A DNA stretch of 63,947 bases, filler included, from 6 parts of 6 records of this genome joined end to end with filler, not necessarily neighbours in it; one strand, 5' to 3'. Counted from the whole stretch's first letter, positions 27,448-38,125 are shown. The notes: generated by a model not told the origin, from the sequence alone. Made by a program: numbers and translations.

Positions 27448-27547
27448 NNNNNNNNNNNNNNNNNNNNNNNNNNNNNNNNNNNNNNNNNNNNTTAATTAAT
27501 TAANNNNNNNNNNNNNNNNNNNNNNNNNNNNNNNNNNNNNNNNNNNN
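27448..27547. other. Artificial contig linker
   Basis: N-run + TTAATTAATTAA + N-run. Confidence 0.98.
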
Positions 27548-27690
27548 GGAAATACATTAGTGAATTTGTGGCTGAAATTTATAGAAACTATAAAGAATGT
27601 ACTACTATTCTATGTCCAATAAACATAAGTAATGTTCTTGAAATAAAATTATTTTATACTTTTATTCAATATTTAAAAAATCAACATATC

Positions 27691-28971
27691 ATGACCCAAA
27701 AACAGATCCTTCAATTCATATTCTTTTTAGTAGTATTTACAAGCTTTAGTAACGTACTCACAGCACAAAGTTTAAAACAGGTAAAACCTGAAGAAGTAGG
27801 TTTTTCTACTGAAAGACTTACATACCTTACAAAAACATTTCAGCAGTATTCAAAAGACAAAGAATTAGCAGGATCGGTAATTTTAGTAGCAAGGCATGGT
27901 AAAGTAGCTTATTTTGAAGCAGATGGATATCAAGATGTAACACAAAATATTCCGATGCAGAAAAATTCTATGTTCAGAATAGCCTCTCAAACAAAAGCTA
28001 TAGTAAGTGTAGGAATTATGATGTTGCAAGAAGAAGGGAAATTATTAATATCGGATCCTGTAGGAAAATATATTCCAGAATTTAAAGAAACAACGGTAGC
28101 GGTAGCAAAAGAAGATGGAAGTTATGATGTAGTAGCTGCTAAACGCCCAATTACAATTCACGATTTACTTACGCATACCTCTGGAGTTGGTTATGGTGGA
28201 GGTGTAGCAGCCAAGGAATGGGAGAAAGCAGGAATTCAGGGTTGGTATTTTGCTGATAGAAAAGAACCTATCCAAGAAACCGTAAAGAAAATGGCAAGTT
28301 TACCTTTTGAAGCACAACCAGGAGAAAAATTTGTATATGGTTACAATACAGATATTTTAGGAGCTATAATCGAAATTGTTTCTGGAAGTAATTTGGATAA
28401 TTTTTTACATACCAAAATTCTTAACCCGCTACAGATGAACGACACCTATTTCTATGTTCCAGCGGATAAAAGTAAGCGCGTAGCAACTGTATATTCGGCT
28501 ACGGAAGATGGAATTGAAAAAGCTCCTGTAGAAGGTACTATGGTTTCTCAAGGTAATTATGTTAGCGGACCAAAAACGAGTTTTTCTGGTGGCGCTGGAC
28601 TTGTAAGTACTGCAAACGATTATGCCCGATTTCTACAGATGATGCTAAATAAAGGAACGCTAGATGGTCAACGTATATTATCTAGAAAATCGGTGGAATT
28701 AATGACCACCAATAATTTAACAGAAGCTGAATTTACCACTACAGGAGCCGTAGGATTTGGTTTAGGGTTTACTGTTTTAGAAGATTTAGGAAAAAGAGGA
28801 ACCTTAGGCTCGGTAGGAGAGTACGGTTGGGGAGGCGCATACCATTCTACGTATTGGGTGGATCCTGCTGAAGACCTATTAGTAGTTTATTTTACACAAT
28901 TAATTCCTGCTAACGGTTTGGATGACCACGATAAACTTAGAGCTTTAATTTATCAAGCTATAGAAGATTAA
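27691..28971 (+). CDS. Serine hydrolase, beta-lactamase class C/EstB-like family
   Basis: Signal peptide from ATG 27691; FRIASQTK (SxxK); LLTHTSG; PGEKFVYGYN; YGWGG. Confidence 0.9.
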   Translation: MTQKQILQFIFFLVVFTSFSNVLTAQSLKQVKPEEVGFSTERLTYLTKTFQQYSKDKELAGSVILVARHGKVAYFEADGYQDVTQNIPMQKNSMFRIASQTKAIVSVGIMMLQEEGKLLISDPVGKYIPEFKETTVAVAKEDGSYDVVAAKRPITIHDLLTHTSGVGYGGGVAAKEWEKAGIQGWYFADRKEPIQETVKKMASLPFEAQPGEKFVYGYNTDILGAIIEIVSGSNLDNFLHTKILNPLQMNDTYFYVPADKSKRVATVYSATEDGIEKAPVEGTMVSQGNYVSGPKTSFSGGAGLVSTANDYARFLQMMLNKGTLDGQRILSRKSVELMTTNNLTEAEFTTTGAVGFGLGFTVLEDLGKRGTLGSVGEYGWGGAYHSTYWVDPAEDLLVVYFTQLIPANGLDDHDKLRALIYQAIED

Positions 28972-29020
28972 TTTCTCCTCACAGAAAAGTTAAATTCTAC
29001 TTGATGATTCTCTTTTTTAA

Positions 29021-29175
29021 TACGTTTTAGGTGAAAAATAGAGCTGTTTACGTAAAAAATAGAAGTTTTTACGTTACCCAACGTAAACGCATACGTATAG
29101 AGGTTAAATTTATACGTCTGTAACGTATACGTTTAGGTAGCGAACGTATATTTTTACGTATCGATACGTAAACGG
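29021..29175. repeat. Degenerate 21-bp-period tandem array rich in ACGT
   Basis: TA(C/G)GT at 29028, 29049, 29070, 29092, 29113, 29134, 29155. Confidence 0.75.
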
Positions 29176-29271
29176 ATATAGTATTAAGAGTATTATAAGT
29201 ATTAAGAAATTATATCCGTGTATTTGTAGCTGAAATAGTATTAAGTATCAAGAAGAAACTCTTCTATATGT

Positions 29272-29320
29272 CACTAATTCACAAATTAGCAGAAAGGAAT
29301 TATAGATTTGTGAATTAGTG
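29272..29320. repeat. Perfect 15-bp inverted repeat (REP-like hairpin)
   Basis: CACTAATTCACAAAT (29272-29286) / ATTTGTGAATTAGTG (29306-29320). Confidence 0.8.
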
Positions 29321-29348
29321 GCTTAAATTAATAGAAATAAAAATCTTG

Positions 29349-29825
29349 TTATTCTTCAATATTCTGATTGTTACTTTTTTTGGTACGTGGGAAAAACTGT
29401 TTTAATTCGGTTAGCTTTTCAGAGTATCCACTGTCTTGGGCATTCTTTTTATACTGTGTATAGTTATAATCTATTAAAGAATCTTGGAAATTATCATAAT
29501 CGTGAAGCTTTTTGGTACTCTCCAACTGATATACCACACTAGAAAGCGATTGTATTTGACTTTCTAAAAATGCACGCATATCATAATCTGCTCTAAACTC
29601 AACCCAATCCACATCTGGCGACCGCAAGCTAGGACTCTCATCAGAATAAGATTTAACCTTATTAACAAAAAGCTTATTTACCTCATTAATAGATCCGTAT
29701 TTTAAACGTTCTTCCTCATTTAAAGCTGCTACTTTCCCTTCTATTAACGCCATCAAACTGTTAACTCCATTACGGATTTCTACTCTGTCTTCCTCAGAAA
29801 ACTTACTTTGAATTACATTTTTCAT
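29349..29825 (-). CDS. Hypothetical helical protein
   Basis: 158-aa ORF; L..EER..YGSINE.NKLFVNKV motif; ends LKQFFPRT. Confidence 0.75.
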   Translation of the reverse strand: MKNVIQSKFSEEDRVEIRNGVNSLMALIEGKVAALNEEERLKYGSINEVNKLFVNKVKSYSDESPSLRSPDVDWVEFRADYDMRAFLESQIQSLSSVVYQLESTKKLHDYDNFQDSLIDYNYTQYKKNAQDSGYSEKLTELKQFFPRTKKSNNQNIEE

Positions 29826-30066
29826 ATCTAAATATTATTAAATTAATACTAACTGTAATGTAGTAAATAATACTAATTAACTAGATTTTTTACGAAATTG
29901 TTTTTGAATTGATAAAAGAGGAGGAAGGGGGTGCAGTTTTACCCATACACTTTAAATTAAACCCGAAATATGCATTAGGATTCGTAGTGAAGGTTTACTT
30001 AGGAATTCAAAAAAACATCCTTTGATAATTCAGTATATTTAGATGATTATATAAATAAATTTAGCT

Positions 30067-30450
30067 ATGAAAGAAATATATGGAAAAAAAAGTAGTCCAA
30101 AATATTCAGAAATGATTATGGAAATATATGAGCAGTTTGATGATAGTTTACCTGAAAAATGGACAACAGTACAGGTGTTTGAAATATGTATAGAAGCATG
30201 GAATTTAGCCTTAAAGAAAAGTGCTATTGGAGATAAAATGTATAAAGATATACTTAGCAAGCATAAACAAGATAAAGTTATAAACAGAATGGTTAACTAT
30301 AAAAATAAACATTTTAAAGAATTCTCAAATTACATTATTGATTTCAGTACAACTAATAACATACTACAAGTTAAAAGCCAACCTCCTGAAGAATATTTCA
30401 AAAGTATTATTATAAAAAGTTTAGTAACTATTAAAAAAGCAAAGAAATAA
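30067..30450 (+). CDS. Hypothetical protein
   Basis: 127-aa AT-rich ORF with AWNLA motif. Confidence 0.55.
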   Translation: MKEIYGKKSSPKYSEMIMEIYEQFDDSLPEKWTTVQVFEICIEAWNLALKKSAIGDKMYKDILSKHKQDKVINRMVNYKNKHFKEFSNYIIDFSTTNNILQVKSQPPEEYFKSIIIKSLVTIKKAKK

Positions 30451-30601
30451 ACAATAGAACTTTATAATAAAGATTTTGGATTGCACTATAATGCTGATTT
30501 TTCTTTTAAAAGTTTTCTTGCAAAGCTTCTTATACTACAGTTAATGGAACACTTTTTATGAGACGACGTAGGAGGGAAGCATAATGTGTGTGGAATGGTA
30601 A

Positions 30602-31300
30602 TTAACTGTTATATAGCTTATTTACATTGCTTTTGTATGTTTGTCCAATAGGAATTTTATGCTCGTTTATTAAAATACGATTACCTTCTATAAATTTAAT
30701 TTTATCTGTAGCTACAAGAAACGACTTATGAACTCTTAAAAAATTATCTTTCTTTAAAATAGATTCGTAGTACGATATTTTTTCGTGACTAATAATCATT
30801 TCGTTCTTTAAAAAAAGTTTGGTGTAGTTACCATAAGCTTCAATATATAGCAAATCATTCAAATCTATTTGATGGTGTTTTTTATCACCTTTTACAAAGA
30901 ATCTCATAGAAGTTTTAGAAGCAACTTCTTTTGTAATAGTTTTTAAAGCCTGGGATTCAGGAACTTTATTTACAGCTTTTACTAATCGATCTAAACTAAA
31001 AGGCTTTAAAATATAATCTACAACGTTTAATTCAAAACCTTCAATTGCATGTTCTTTATAAGCCGTTGTAACTATGGTTTTTGGAGGATTTGATAATGTT
31101 TTTAAAAAATCTAAACCTTTTAATTTAGGCATATTAATATCCAAAAACATAAAATCGACAGTATTTTCATTTAGATACTGCATGGCATCCATAGCGCTGT
31201 AACAATTTTTTTCTAATTGTAAATGCGGTAACATACTACAAAACTCTTCAATTATTTCATGAGCCAACGGTTCGTCATCAATAATTATATACTTAAGCAT
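30602..31300 (-). CDS. LytTR family response regulator
   Basis: IIDDEPLA, FLDINMP, TTAY, DYILKP receiver motifs; IEAYGNY and FLRVHKSF LytTR motifs. Confidence 0.93.
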   Translation of the reverse strand: MLKYIIIDDEPLAHEIIEEFCSMLPHLQLEKNCYSAMDAMQYLNENTVDFMFLDINMPKLKGLDFLKTLSNPPKTIVTTAYKEHAIEGFELNVVDYILKPFSLDRLVKAVNKVPESQALKTITKEVASKTSMRFFVKGDKKHHQIDLNDLLYIEAYGNYTKLFLKNEMIISHEKISYYESILKKDNFLRVHKSFLVATDKIKFIEGNRILINEHKIPIGQTYKSNVNKLYNS

Positions 31301-32420
31301 GTTTAGCAATCTTTAAGGTTGTTATATATAGATTGTTTGACACATCAACTTTTAACTCATGTTTGTTTTTATATAATAAAGATAATCTTCTTTTTAAATT
31401 TTGTAAGCCTATTCCCTTTGATAAACTAATTTCATTGGGATCAAAATTATTTTCAATTGAAAAAATAATAAAATCTGTTTCTTCATTTAAGTTAATATGT
31501 ACAAAAGCGTTTTCAGCTAAAGTTTCAATTCCATGTTTAAAGGCATTTTCTAAAAGAATAATGTACAACAAAGGTGCAATAGTTAAACTGGTATCCACAT
31601 CATGATTAAACGTAATCTCTACAGATTTTTTATAACGTATTTTATGTAATTCAATGTAATTGTTTAAATATTCTATTTCGTCTTTAATCTTTACCATGTC
31701 CTTTTCACCTTCATAAATAGTATAACGCATCATATCAGATAATTTTAAAATGACTTCTGGTGCTTTTTCAGATTGTTTTACGGTTAAGGCATACAAGTTA
31801 TTTAGGGTATTGAAGAAAAAATGAGGATTTATCTGCGTTCTTAAAAGTGAAAGTTCAGTTTTAGATTTTTCAGCTTTTAAATTTCTAAACCATTTCCACT
31901 GTTCATACACCCAAACGAAAAATAAAACCGGAATGGGTAAAAAGAACACGTAAAATGGAAACTCTTTTTTAATTTCTAAATAGGCTTCTAAACCACCAGA
32001 AAATAACCTTAAATAAAGAAAATATATAAATAGTGGTATATAAATAAGCGCAATGAGTTTCCAATATTTATTTATAAATGTAGGAATCAGTAAATACACA
32101 ACACCAATCCAAAACCCCATTAATAGTATAAAAGTCACTGGATTATCTGGCATATCCATCAAAGTATCTACACCTAATGCTACGATAAAAACAACAATCA
32201 GCACTATAACCTTAAGTATGGTAGCACCTTTACGCTTTAAATAGTTATAATTATGAATAGGCAATGCTATGACCCACCACCAAAACAGTGTAATTAATAT
32301 TACTTCAAGTGGCTCATCTTCAGGAATATTTATAACACCAAAATAATCCAACATATAAAATATAGGTATAATAATTAGTGCTATTAAAAAGGCTCTGTTT
32401 TTTTTGATGTACTCAACCAT
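31293..32420 (-). CDS. LytS/YehU-like sensor histidine kinase
   Basis: Six TM helices; LRTQINPHFFFNTLN; ENAFKHG; GIGLQNLKRRL. Confidence 0.93.
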   Translation of the reverse strand: MVEYIKKNRAFLIALIIIPIFYMLDYFGVINIPEDEPLEVILITLFWWWVIALPIHNYNYLKRKGATILKVIVLIVVFIVALGVDTLMDMPDNPVTFILLMGFWIGVVYLLIPTFINKYWKLIALIYIPLFIYFLYLRLFSGGLEAYLEIKKEFPFYVFFLPIPVLFFVWVYEQWKWFRNLKAEKSKTELSLLRTQINPHFFFNTLNNLYALTVKQSEKAPEVILKLSDMMRYTIYEGEKDMVKIKDEIEYLNNYIELHKIRYKKSVEITFNHDVDTSLTIAPLLYIILLENAFKHGIETLAENAFVHINLNEETDFIIFSIENNFDPNEISLSKGIGLQNLKRRLSLLYKNKHELKVDVSNNLYITTLKIAKHA

Positions 32421-32424
32421 ACAG

Positions 32425-32432
32425 CAAAAGTA
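32425..32432 (-). promoter_or_regulatory. Bacteroidota -7 promoter box
   Basis: Minus strand TACTTTTG (TAnnTTTG) ends 5 nt before the kinase ATG. Confidence 0.6.
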
Positions 32433-32650
32433 AGTATGTAATCATGTATTTAACAAGAAAGTTGGTAGACACTACTAAAATTAACACCAACACTATAATT
32501 TTTAGCATGAAATAGGATTCATACAGCTTTTCATGTTTTTTGACTTCATATAATCAGCTTACATCATATAAATTATAAAGGAGGCTTTCTTCAATTTATG
32601 TTTGTCTCAAATTAAAACTAAAATAACACATCAATTACAAATCGGCAGAT

Positions 32651-33538
32651 ATGAATACATTACAAATCAATAATTTAAGCAAGACCTATCCTAATGGCGT
32701 TAAGGCATTAAACGACATTAATTTGGAAATCACCGATGGCATGTTTGGATTATTAGGCGCAAATGGAGCTGGCAAGTCTTCCTTAATGCGAACCATTGCA
32801 TCACTACAAGAACCAACTTCAGGAAGTATTTCTTTTAACGATTCTGATATCATAAAAAAGCCTGAACATGTTAGACAGCATTTGGGTTATTTACCTCAAG
32901 AGTTTGGTGTATATCCTAAAATTTCAGCAGAGAAATTGCTCAATCATTTGGCGATTTTAAAAGGTATAGTAGACAAAAAACAGCGTAAGAACCAGGTAAC
33001 AGCCTTGTTACAGCAAGTGAATCTCTATCAACACAGAAAAAAATCGGTATATACTTTTTCTGGAGGCATGCGTCAACGCTTTGGGATTGCACAAGCCTTA
33101 TTAGGAAATCCGCAAGTAATTATTGTGGATGAGCCAACAGCTGGTTTAGATCCTGAAGAAAGCAATCGATTTTTGAATTTATTGAGCGAAATAGGGGAGA
33201 ACGTTATTGTTATTTTATCGACACATATTGTTGAAGATGTTAGAAACTTGTGTCCTAAAATGGCCATATTATCTAATGGTGAAATTATTTCTGAAGGAAA
33301 CCCAAAAGATTTAGTGACGAGTATTGAAGGCAAAATATGGACAAAGATAGTACCTAAAAAAGACATTGAAGTATACAAAAACACCTTTGATGTTATCTCA
33401 ACAAAATTAGTTGCAGGTGACACCCAAATTAGAGTATTGTCTGATAAAAAACCAGAAGAAGGTTTTCAATTAATTACTCCCAATTTAGAAGATTTTTATT
33501 TCACTACACTTTTTAATAATCCAACAAAAAAACAATAA
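32651..33538 (+). CDS. ABC transporter ATP-binding protein
   Basis: GANGAGKS Walker A; FSGGMRQR signature; IIVDEPTAGLD; STH. Confidence 0.95.
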   Translation: MNTLQINNLSKTYPNGVKALNDINLEITDGMFGLLGANGAGKSSLMRTIASLQEPTSGSISFNDSDIIKKPEHVRQHLGYLPQEFGVYPKISAEKLLNHLAILKGIVDKKQRKNQVTALLQQVNLYQHRKKSVYTFSGGMRQRFGIAQALLGNPQVIIVDEPTAGLDPEESNRFLNLLSEIGENVIVILSTHIVEDVRNLCPKMAILSNGEIISEGNPKDLVTSIEGKIWTKIVPKKDIEVYKNTFDVISTKLVAGDTQIRVLSDKKPEEGFQLITPNLEDFYFTTLFNNPTKKQ

Positions 33539-33541
33539 GTT

Positions 33542-36500
33542 ATGTTTACGCAATTATTAAAATTTGAAGTTTTTTATCAAGTAAAACAGCGCGCATTCCC
33601 CATATTTGCCATCTTATTTTTATTCTTGGGAATTTTTGTTGGTAGGCAAGGGTTTGCACCAACTGGAGTTGATTATAATTCAGTTTATCAAGTATATTTT
33701 CATACAAGTTTATTTACATTAGGGAGTGTATTTATTATCATGTTCTTTGCCATTAGTGCCATGCTTCGCGATAAGCAGCACAATATGGAATTGCTTATTT
33801 ACAGTTCTTCTATACAAAAGGCATATTACTTTTGGAGCCGGTTTTTAGGTACATTTATATTTAGCATTTTAGCTTTTACGCCATTTATTTTAGGCTATAT
33901 CTTAGGAAACTATTTTTCTGATTTGGATGTAGAACGTTTAGGTGATTTTCAATTACTGACCTATGTTCAACCATGGCTATACATTGTTGTACCAAATCTA
34001 TTTATATGTTCAGCGATCATATTTTCTGTAAGTGCCATAACAAAAAATAGTATAGCAACTTATGTAAGTGCCGTATTTGTTTACATGTTATATTTTGTTT
34101 GTTCTCTATTTTTAAATTCGCCTTTATTAGCACAATCTATTCCCGCGTCACCAGAAGCTATGGCTTTTGCAGCAATTGCAGACCCTTTTGGTGTGGCTGC
34201 TTTTTTTGAGCAAACACAATATTGGACACCTTTTCAAAAAAACTCACAATTACTATCGTTTTCCGGATTGTTTTTATGGAATAGATTGATTTGGATAGTA
34301 GTTGGTTTGGGAATATTACTTGGAACCTACAGCTTATTTTCCTTTCGAAAAATCACTAAAAAAGTAAAAAAAGCTAAAAGATCTATAAACAAAAATACTC
34401 AATTAGTAGCTTATAAACCTTTACAGACAACACATAATTTTAAAGCACAGTATTTAGCATTTTTCTCATTATTAAAAATAGAGTTAACTAGTGTTTTTAA
34501 AAGTTTACCATTTATAGCCGTATTAATTATGTGGTTAGCTATTGTGTTTTCAGAATTGTATAGTACCGTTATTAGTGGTGGAGAATATGGTGTAAGCCAA
34601 TACCCATTTACAAATCAACTTATAAGTTTAATAGTAAATCCGTTAACGCTTTTCAGTCTCATTTTAATCATTTTTTATAGTGCCGAAATTGTTTGGAAAG
34701 AACATAGCCTAAACTTTAATCTAATTGTAGATGCGGTACCAACAAAAAATAGCGTGTTCTTTCTCTCTAAGTTCTTTGCCATTTTATTGTTACCAGTTAT
34801 TCTAATTACCACTGGAATTATTACGTGTATGCTATTTCAGTTAAGTTTAAACTACACAAATTTTGAGTTTAATCTATACGCCTCTTTATTTTATCATTAC
34901 GGATTACAACTTGCTGTATTCAGCATGATTGCCTTGTTTGTTAACAGTTTGGCAAAAAGTAAATATTTAGGCATGGGAATCTTCGGCTTGATTGTATTGG
35001 TAAGCCTAAAATCCAGCACTATTGGATTAGAACATCCATTAACAAGCCTTGGATTTATGCCACGAGTTTTCTATACAAACATGAATGGTTTTTATGGTGG
35101 TTTAAGACTATTCAATCATTTAGCTATGTATTGGTTATCCTTTGGATTGTTGCTGGTATTCGTCTCTTTTAAAATATGGAATAGAGGCGTAGTGGCTAAC
35201 TTTTCAACGAAACTCAAGCAATTTATAAACGGTTATACAACTATTCAAAAGGTATCCTTTTCATTTTTAATTTTAGTGTTTATTGGTTTCGGAAGTCTGA
35301 TTTTTTACAATATGAATATTGTTTCAGATTATGAAACCACAGCTGATAATTTAGATTTTAAAGAGCACTATGAAAAAAAGTTCAAACGGTATGAAGACTT
35401 AGTGCGACCATTTCCAACGTCAAGAAAAACGGAAGTTGCAATTTTTCCAGAGGAAAGGCATTATACCGTAACAGCGGATTATATATTGAAAAATGGAAAT
35501 GTCAAACCCTTATCAAAGGTATTTGTAACAGAGCGCCTTCCGTTAGAGTCTATAACTATTGAAAACGCAAATTTAGTAACATACGACAGTATTTATGGCA
35601 TTTATATATTTCACTTTAAAAAACCGTTACAACCCAATGATTCTGTACGCTATAATTTTAAATTGAAGCATAAGTTGAAGGGTTACGAAGTAGATAAAAC
35701 GATTGTGAAAAACGGAACATATATTACGCATAGAGATTTTGAGCCTATGTTGGGTTACAGTTCTAGTCTAGAAATAACGAACAACATTGAACGTGAAAAA
35801 CGTAATTTACCGAAACGTGAAAAAGAAAATAGTACAGACCAACATATTGCACTTGAAGATTTTAATAGTGAAAAAATAAACTTTGAAACCATTGTTTCTA
35901 CAAGTATTAACCAGATGGCTTTGAGTTCTGGTAGCTTGGTAAAACAATGGTCAGAAAATAATAGAAACTATTTTCATTATAAAACCAAGAATAAAGTCAT
36001 ACCAATGATTGCCTATTTTTCAGCCTACTATAAAACCAAAAAAGTGGATTATAAAGGCATTTCTATAGAGCAATATTATGATGCAGCACATGCATTTAAT
36101 ATTGAAGACATTGAAAATAGTACCAAACAAACCATAGATTATTGTGAGGAAAACTTTGGAGACTATGCTTTTGACCATGTTAGAATAGCAGAAATTCCGT
36201 CACATTGGTCCTTTGGTGGATTTGCACACCCAGGAGTGATAAGTATGGTTGAAGACCGATTGTTTCTAGCAGATGTTAGAAATGATGAGACTTTCAATTT
36301 GGTTGCCAAAAGGACCATTCATGAAGTAGCACATCAATATTGGGGACATACCTTGTCTGCAAAACCAGTTGCAGGTGGATCTATTTTTGTAGAGGGCTTT
36401 GCAAAATATACCGAAGCCGTTGTCATGGAAAAAATGTATGGAAAAGCTGCTGTTTATGAGTTAAGCGAAAATGCAAGAAGGCGTTATTTTTCTGGTCGCT

Positions 36501-37099
36501 CGTTTGCAAGCGACCCGGAACCACCAGTTTATAAAGTTCTTGGTCAAGGCTATATTTCTTATGGAAAAGCTTTAAATGTTATGTTAGCATTGCGAGATCT
36601 TATTGGTGAGAATCAGCTTAACCAAGTTATAAAAGCCCTAACCGATAGACACCGAAGTAGTTCCAAATTAGAAGCAAATACCATTGAATTTTTAGAAATG
36701 ATTTATCAAGAAACGCCAAAAGAATCCCATCATTTACTTGAAGATTGGTTTAAAAAAGTAATCACCTACGACTTAAGCATTGAGGAGAGTTCGTATATAG
36801 CATTAGAAAATGGAACTTATGAGATTATAGCGACTATAAAATCAAAGCGTTTTGAGACTTTAAGCAATGGAGAAATAATTGAAGTAGGAATTAATGAACC
36901 TGTTAAAATAGGAATATTCACAACACATCCTTCTTTAGTTAAAGATGATAGCTCTGTATTATACTATCAGTCGAAACAAATTAATAAAGAGATCACTGAA
37001 GTTAAGTTTATAGTAAATGAAATTCCTAATTATATTGCTATTGATCCTTACGGAACCCGATCTGATGAAAATTTAGTTGATAATATATTTAGATTTTAA
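33542..37099 (+). CDS. ABC-2-type permease fused to M1-family aminopeptidase domain
   Basis: Two multi-TM permease halves followed by a soluble domain with HEVAH...EGFA gluzincin motif and Y.K. Confidence 0.88.
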   Translation: MFTQLLKFEVFYQVKQRAFPIFAILFLFLGIFVGRQGFAPTGVDYNSVYQVYFHTSLFTLGSVFIIMFFAISAMLRDKQHNMELLIYSSSIQKAYYFWSRFLGTFIFSILAFTPFILGYILGNYFSDLDVERLGDFQLLTYVQPWLYIVVPNLFICSAIIFSVSAITKNSIATYVSAVFVYMLYFVCSLFLNSPLLAQSIPASPEAMAFAAIADPFGVAAFFEQTQYWTPFQKNSQLLSFSGLFLWNRLIWIVVGLGILLGTYSLFSFRKITKKVKKAKRSINKNTQLVAYKPLQTTHNFKAQYLAFFSLLKIELTSVFKSLPFIAVLIMWLAIVFSELYSTVISGGEYGVSQYPFTNQLISLIVNPLTLFSLILIIFYSAEIVWKEHSLNFNLIVDAVPTKNSVFFLSKFFAILLLPVILITTGIITCMLFQLSLNYTNFEFNLYASLFYHYGLQLAVFSMIALFVNSLAKSKYLGMGIFGLIVLVSLKSSTIGLEHPLTSLGFMPRVFYTNMNGFYGGLRLFNHLAMYWLSFGLLLVFVSFKIWNRGVVANFSTKLKQFINGYTTIQKVSFSFLILVFIGFGSLIFYNMNIVSDYETTADNLDFKEHYEKKFKRYEDLVRPFPTSRKTEVAIFPEERHYTVTADYILKNGNVKPLSKVFVTERLPLESITIENANLVTYDSIYGIYIFHFKKPLQPNDSVRYNFKLKHKLKGYEVDKTIVKNGTYITHRDFEPMLGYSSSLEITNNIEREKRNLPKREKENSTDQHIALEDFNSEKINFETIVSTSINQMALSSGSLVKQWSENNRNYFHYKTKNKVIPMIAYFSAYYKTKKVDYKGISIEQYYDAAHAFNIEDIENSTKQTIDYCEENFGDYAFDHVRIAEIPSHWSFGGFAHPGVISMVEDRLFLADVRNDETFNLVAKRTIHEVAHQYWGHTLSAKPVAGGSIFVEGFAKYTEAVVMEKMYGKAAVYELSENARRRYFSGRSFASDPEPPVYKVLGQGYISYGKALNVMLALRDLIGENQLNQVIKALTDRHRSSSKLEANTIEFLEMIYQETPKESHHLLEDWFKKVITYDLSIEESSYIALENGTYEIIATIKSKRFETLSNGEIIEVGINEPVKIGIFTTHPSLVKDDSSVLYYQSKQINKEITEVKFIVNEIPNYIAIDPYGTRSDENLVDNIFRF

Positions 37100-37565
37100 T
37101 AAAAGAAAGGTTAGCTTTTATTTTGGCGTTGGCAAGCGTTGGATAATTATTCGCTAATTATTATTGTTTTTTAAATGTGCTCATGAATGCTATGCATTTG
37201 TGTTATAAGTAAATTGTTAGAGCAATTTGATTTTATAAAACAATCGAGCGCTTGGTAGTGGCTATTTTACATAACGGCTAATTATAGATACATAATGTTT
37301 TAAAAAACTCTGCGAAGCAAACCGCTTAATAGTTTAATGACCCAAGTTCCAATTTATTCTTATGAAAACAAATGCTTCTGGGATATTTTACATAATACTA
37401 CATTATAGCTATCAAATGGAAACAATGTCCTAAACAACATAGTGAACATTTGCACTATAATTTATATTATGTAAAATAAAATATTTACAACCACTACTCT
37501 AATTCCTTTCTTTTGGTTCTAAGTAACAAATTTAAACAGTCATGTCGACCAACGGGAGACATCTC

Positions 37566-37665
37566 NNNNNNNNNNNNNNNNNNNNNNNNNNNNNNNNNNN
37601 NNNNNNNNNTTAATTAATTAANNNNNNNNNNNNNNNNNNNNNNNNNNNNNNNNNNNNNNNNNNNN
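37566..37665. other. Artificial contig linker
   Basis: N-run + TTAATTAATTAA + N-run. Confidence 0.98.
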
Positions 37666-37666
37666 A

Positions 37667-38104
37667 GAAATGCTTTATGTAGGTGGTGGAGCAGGGATGG
37701 CACCAATGCGTTCGCACTTATACCATCTTTTCAAAACCCTTAAAACAGGTAGAAAAGTTACTTATTGGTATGGTGGGCGTTCAAAAAGAGAGCTTTTTTA
37801 CTTAGACCACTTTAAGCAATTAGAGAATGAATTTCCAAATTTCAAATTCTATTTGGCGCTTTCTGAACCAATGGAAGAAGATAACTGGACAGTGAAAAAA
37901 GACATACATGATGAAGCTGGAGACGGTTTTGTTGGCTTTATTCACCAAGTTGTAATAGATAATTACTTAAACCTTCACGATACGCCTGAAGATATAGAAT
38001 TATATTTCTGTGGGCCACCATTGATGAACCAAGCAGTGCAAAAAATGGGTGAAGACTTCGGAATCCCTGACGAAAACATTCGTTTCGATGATTTTGGAGG
38101 ATAA
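37667..38104 (+). CDS. nqrF: Na(+)-translocating NADH:quinone reductase subunit F, 5'-truncated
   Basis: [21 protein letters not shown]-terminal FDDFGG. Confidence 0.93.
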   Translation, partial: EMLYVGGGAGMAPMRSHLYHLFKTLKTGRKVTYWYGGRSKRELFYLDHFKQLENEFPNFKFYLALSEPMEEDNWTVKKDIHDEAGDGFVGFIHQVVIDNYLNLHDTPEDIELYFCGPPLMNQAVQKMGEDFGIPDENIRFDDFGG

Positions 38105-38125
38105 TAAATCATAATAAATATTGTT

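Noticed and set aside
32510-32570. LytTR-binding direct repeats (TTCAT units)
   Set aside because: Irregular spacing and too short to distinguish from AT-rich background.
37120-37320. Possible degenerate cassette-boundary elements flanking the two-component/ABC module (also 30540-30600)
   Set aside because: GTT/AAC-like boxes are present but show no convincing cross-complementarity or shared core.
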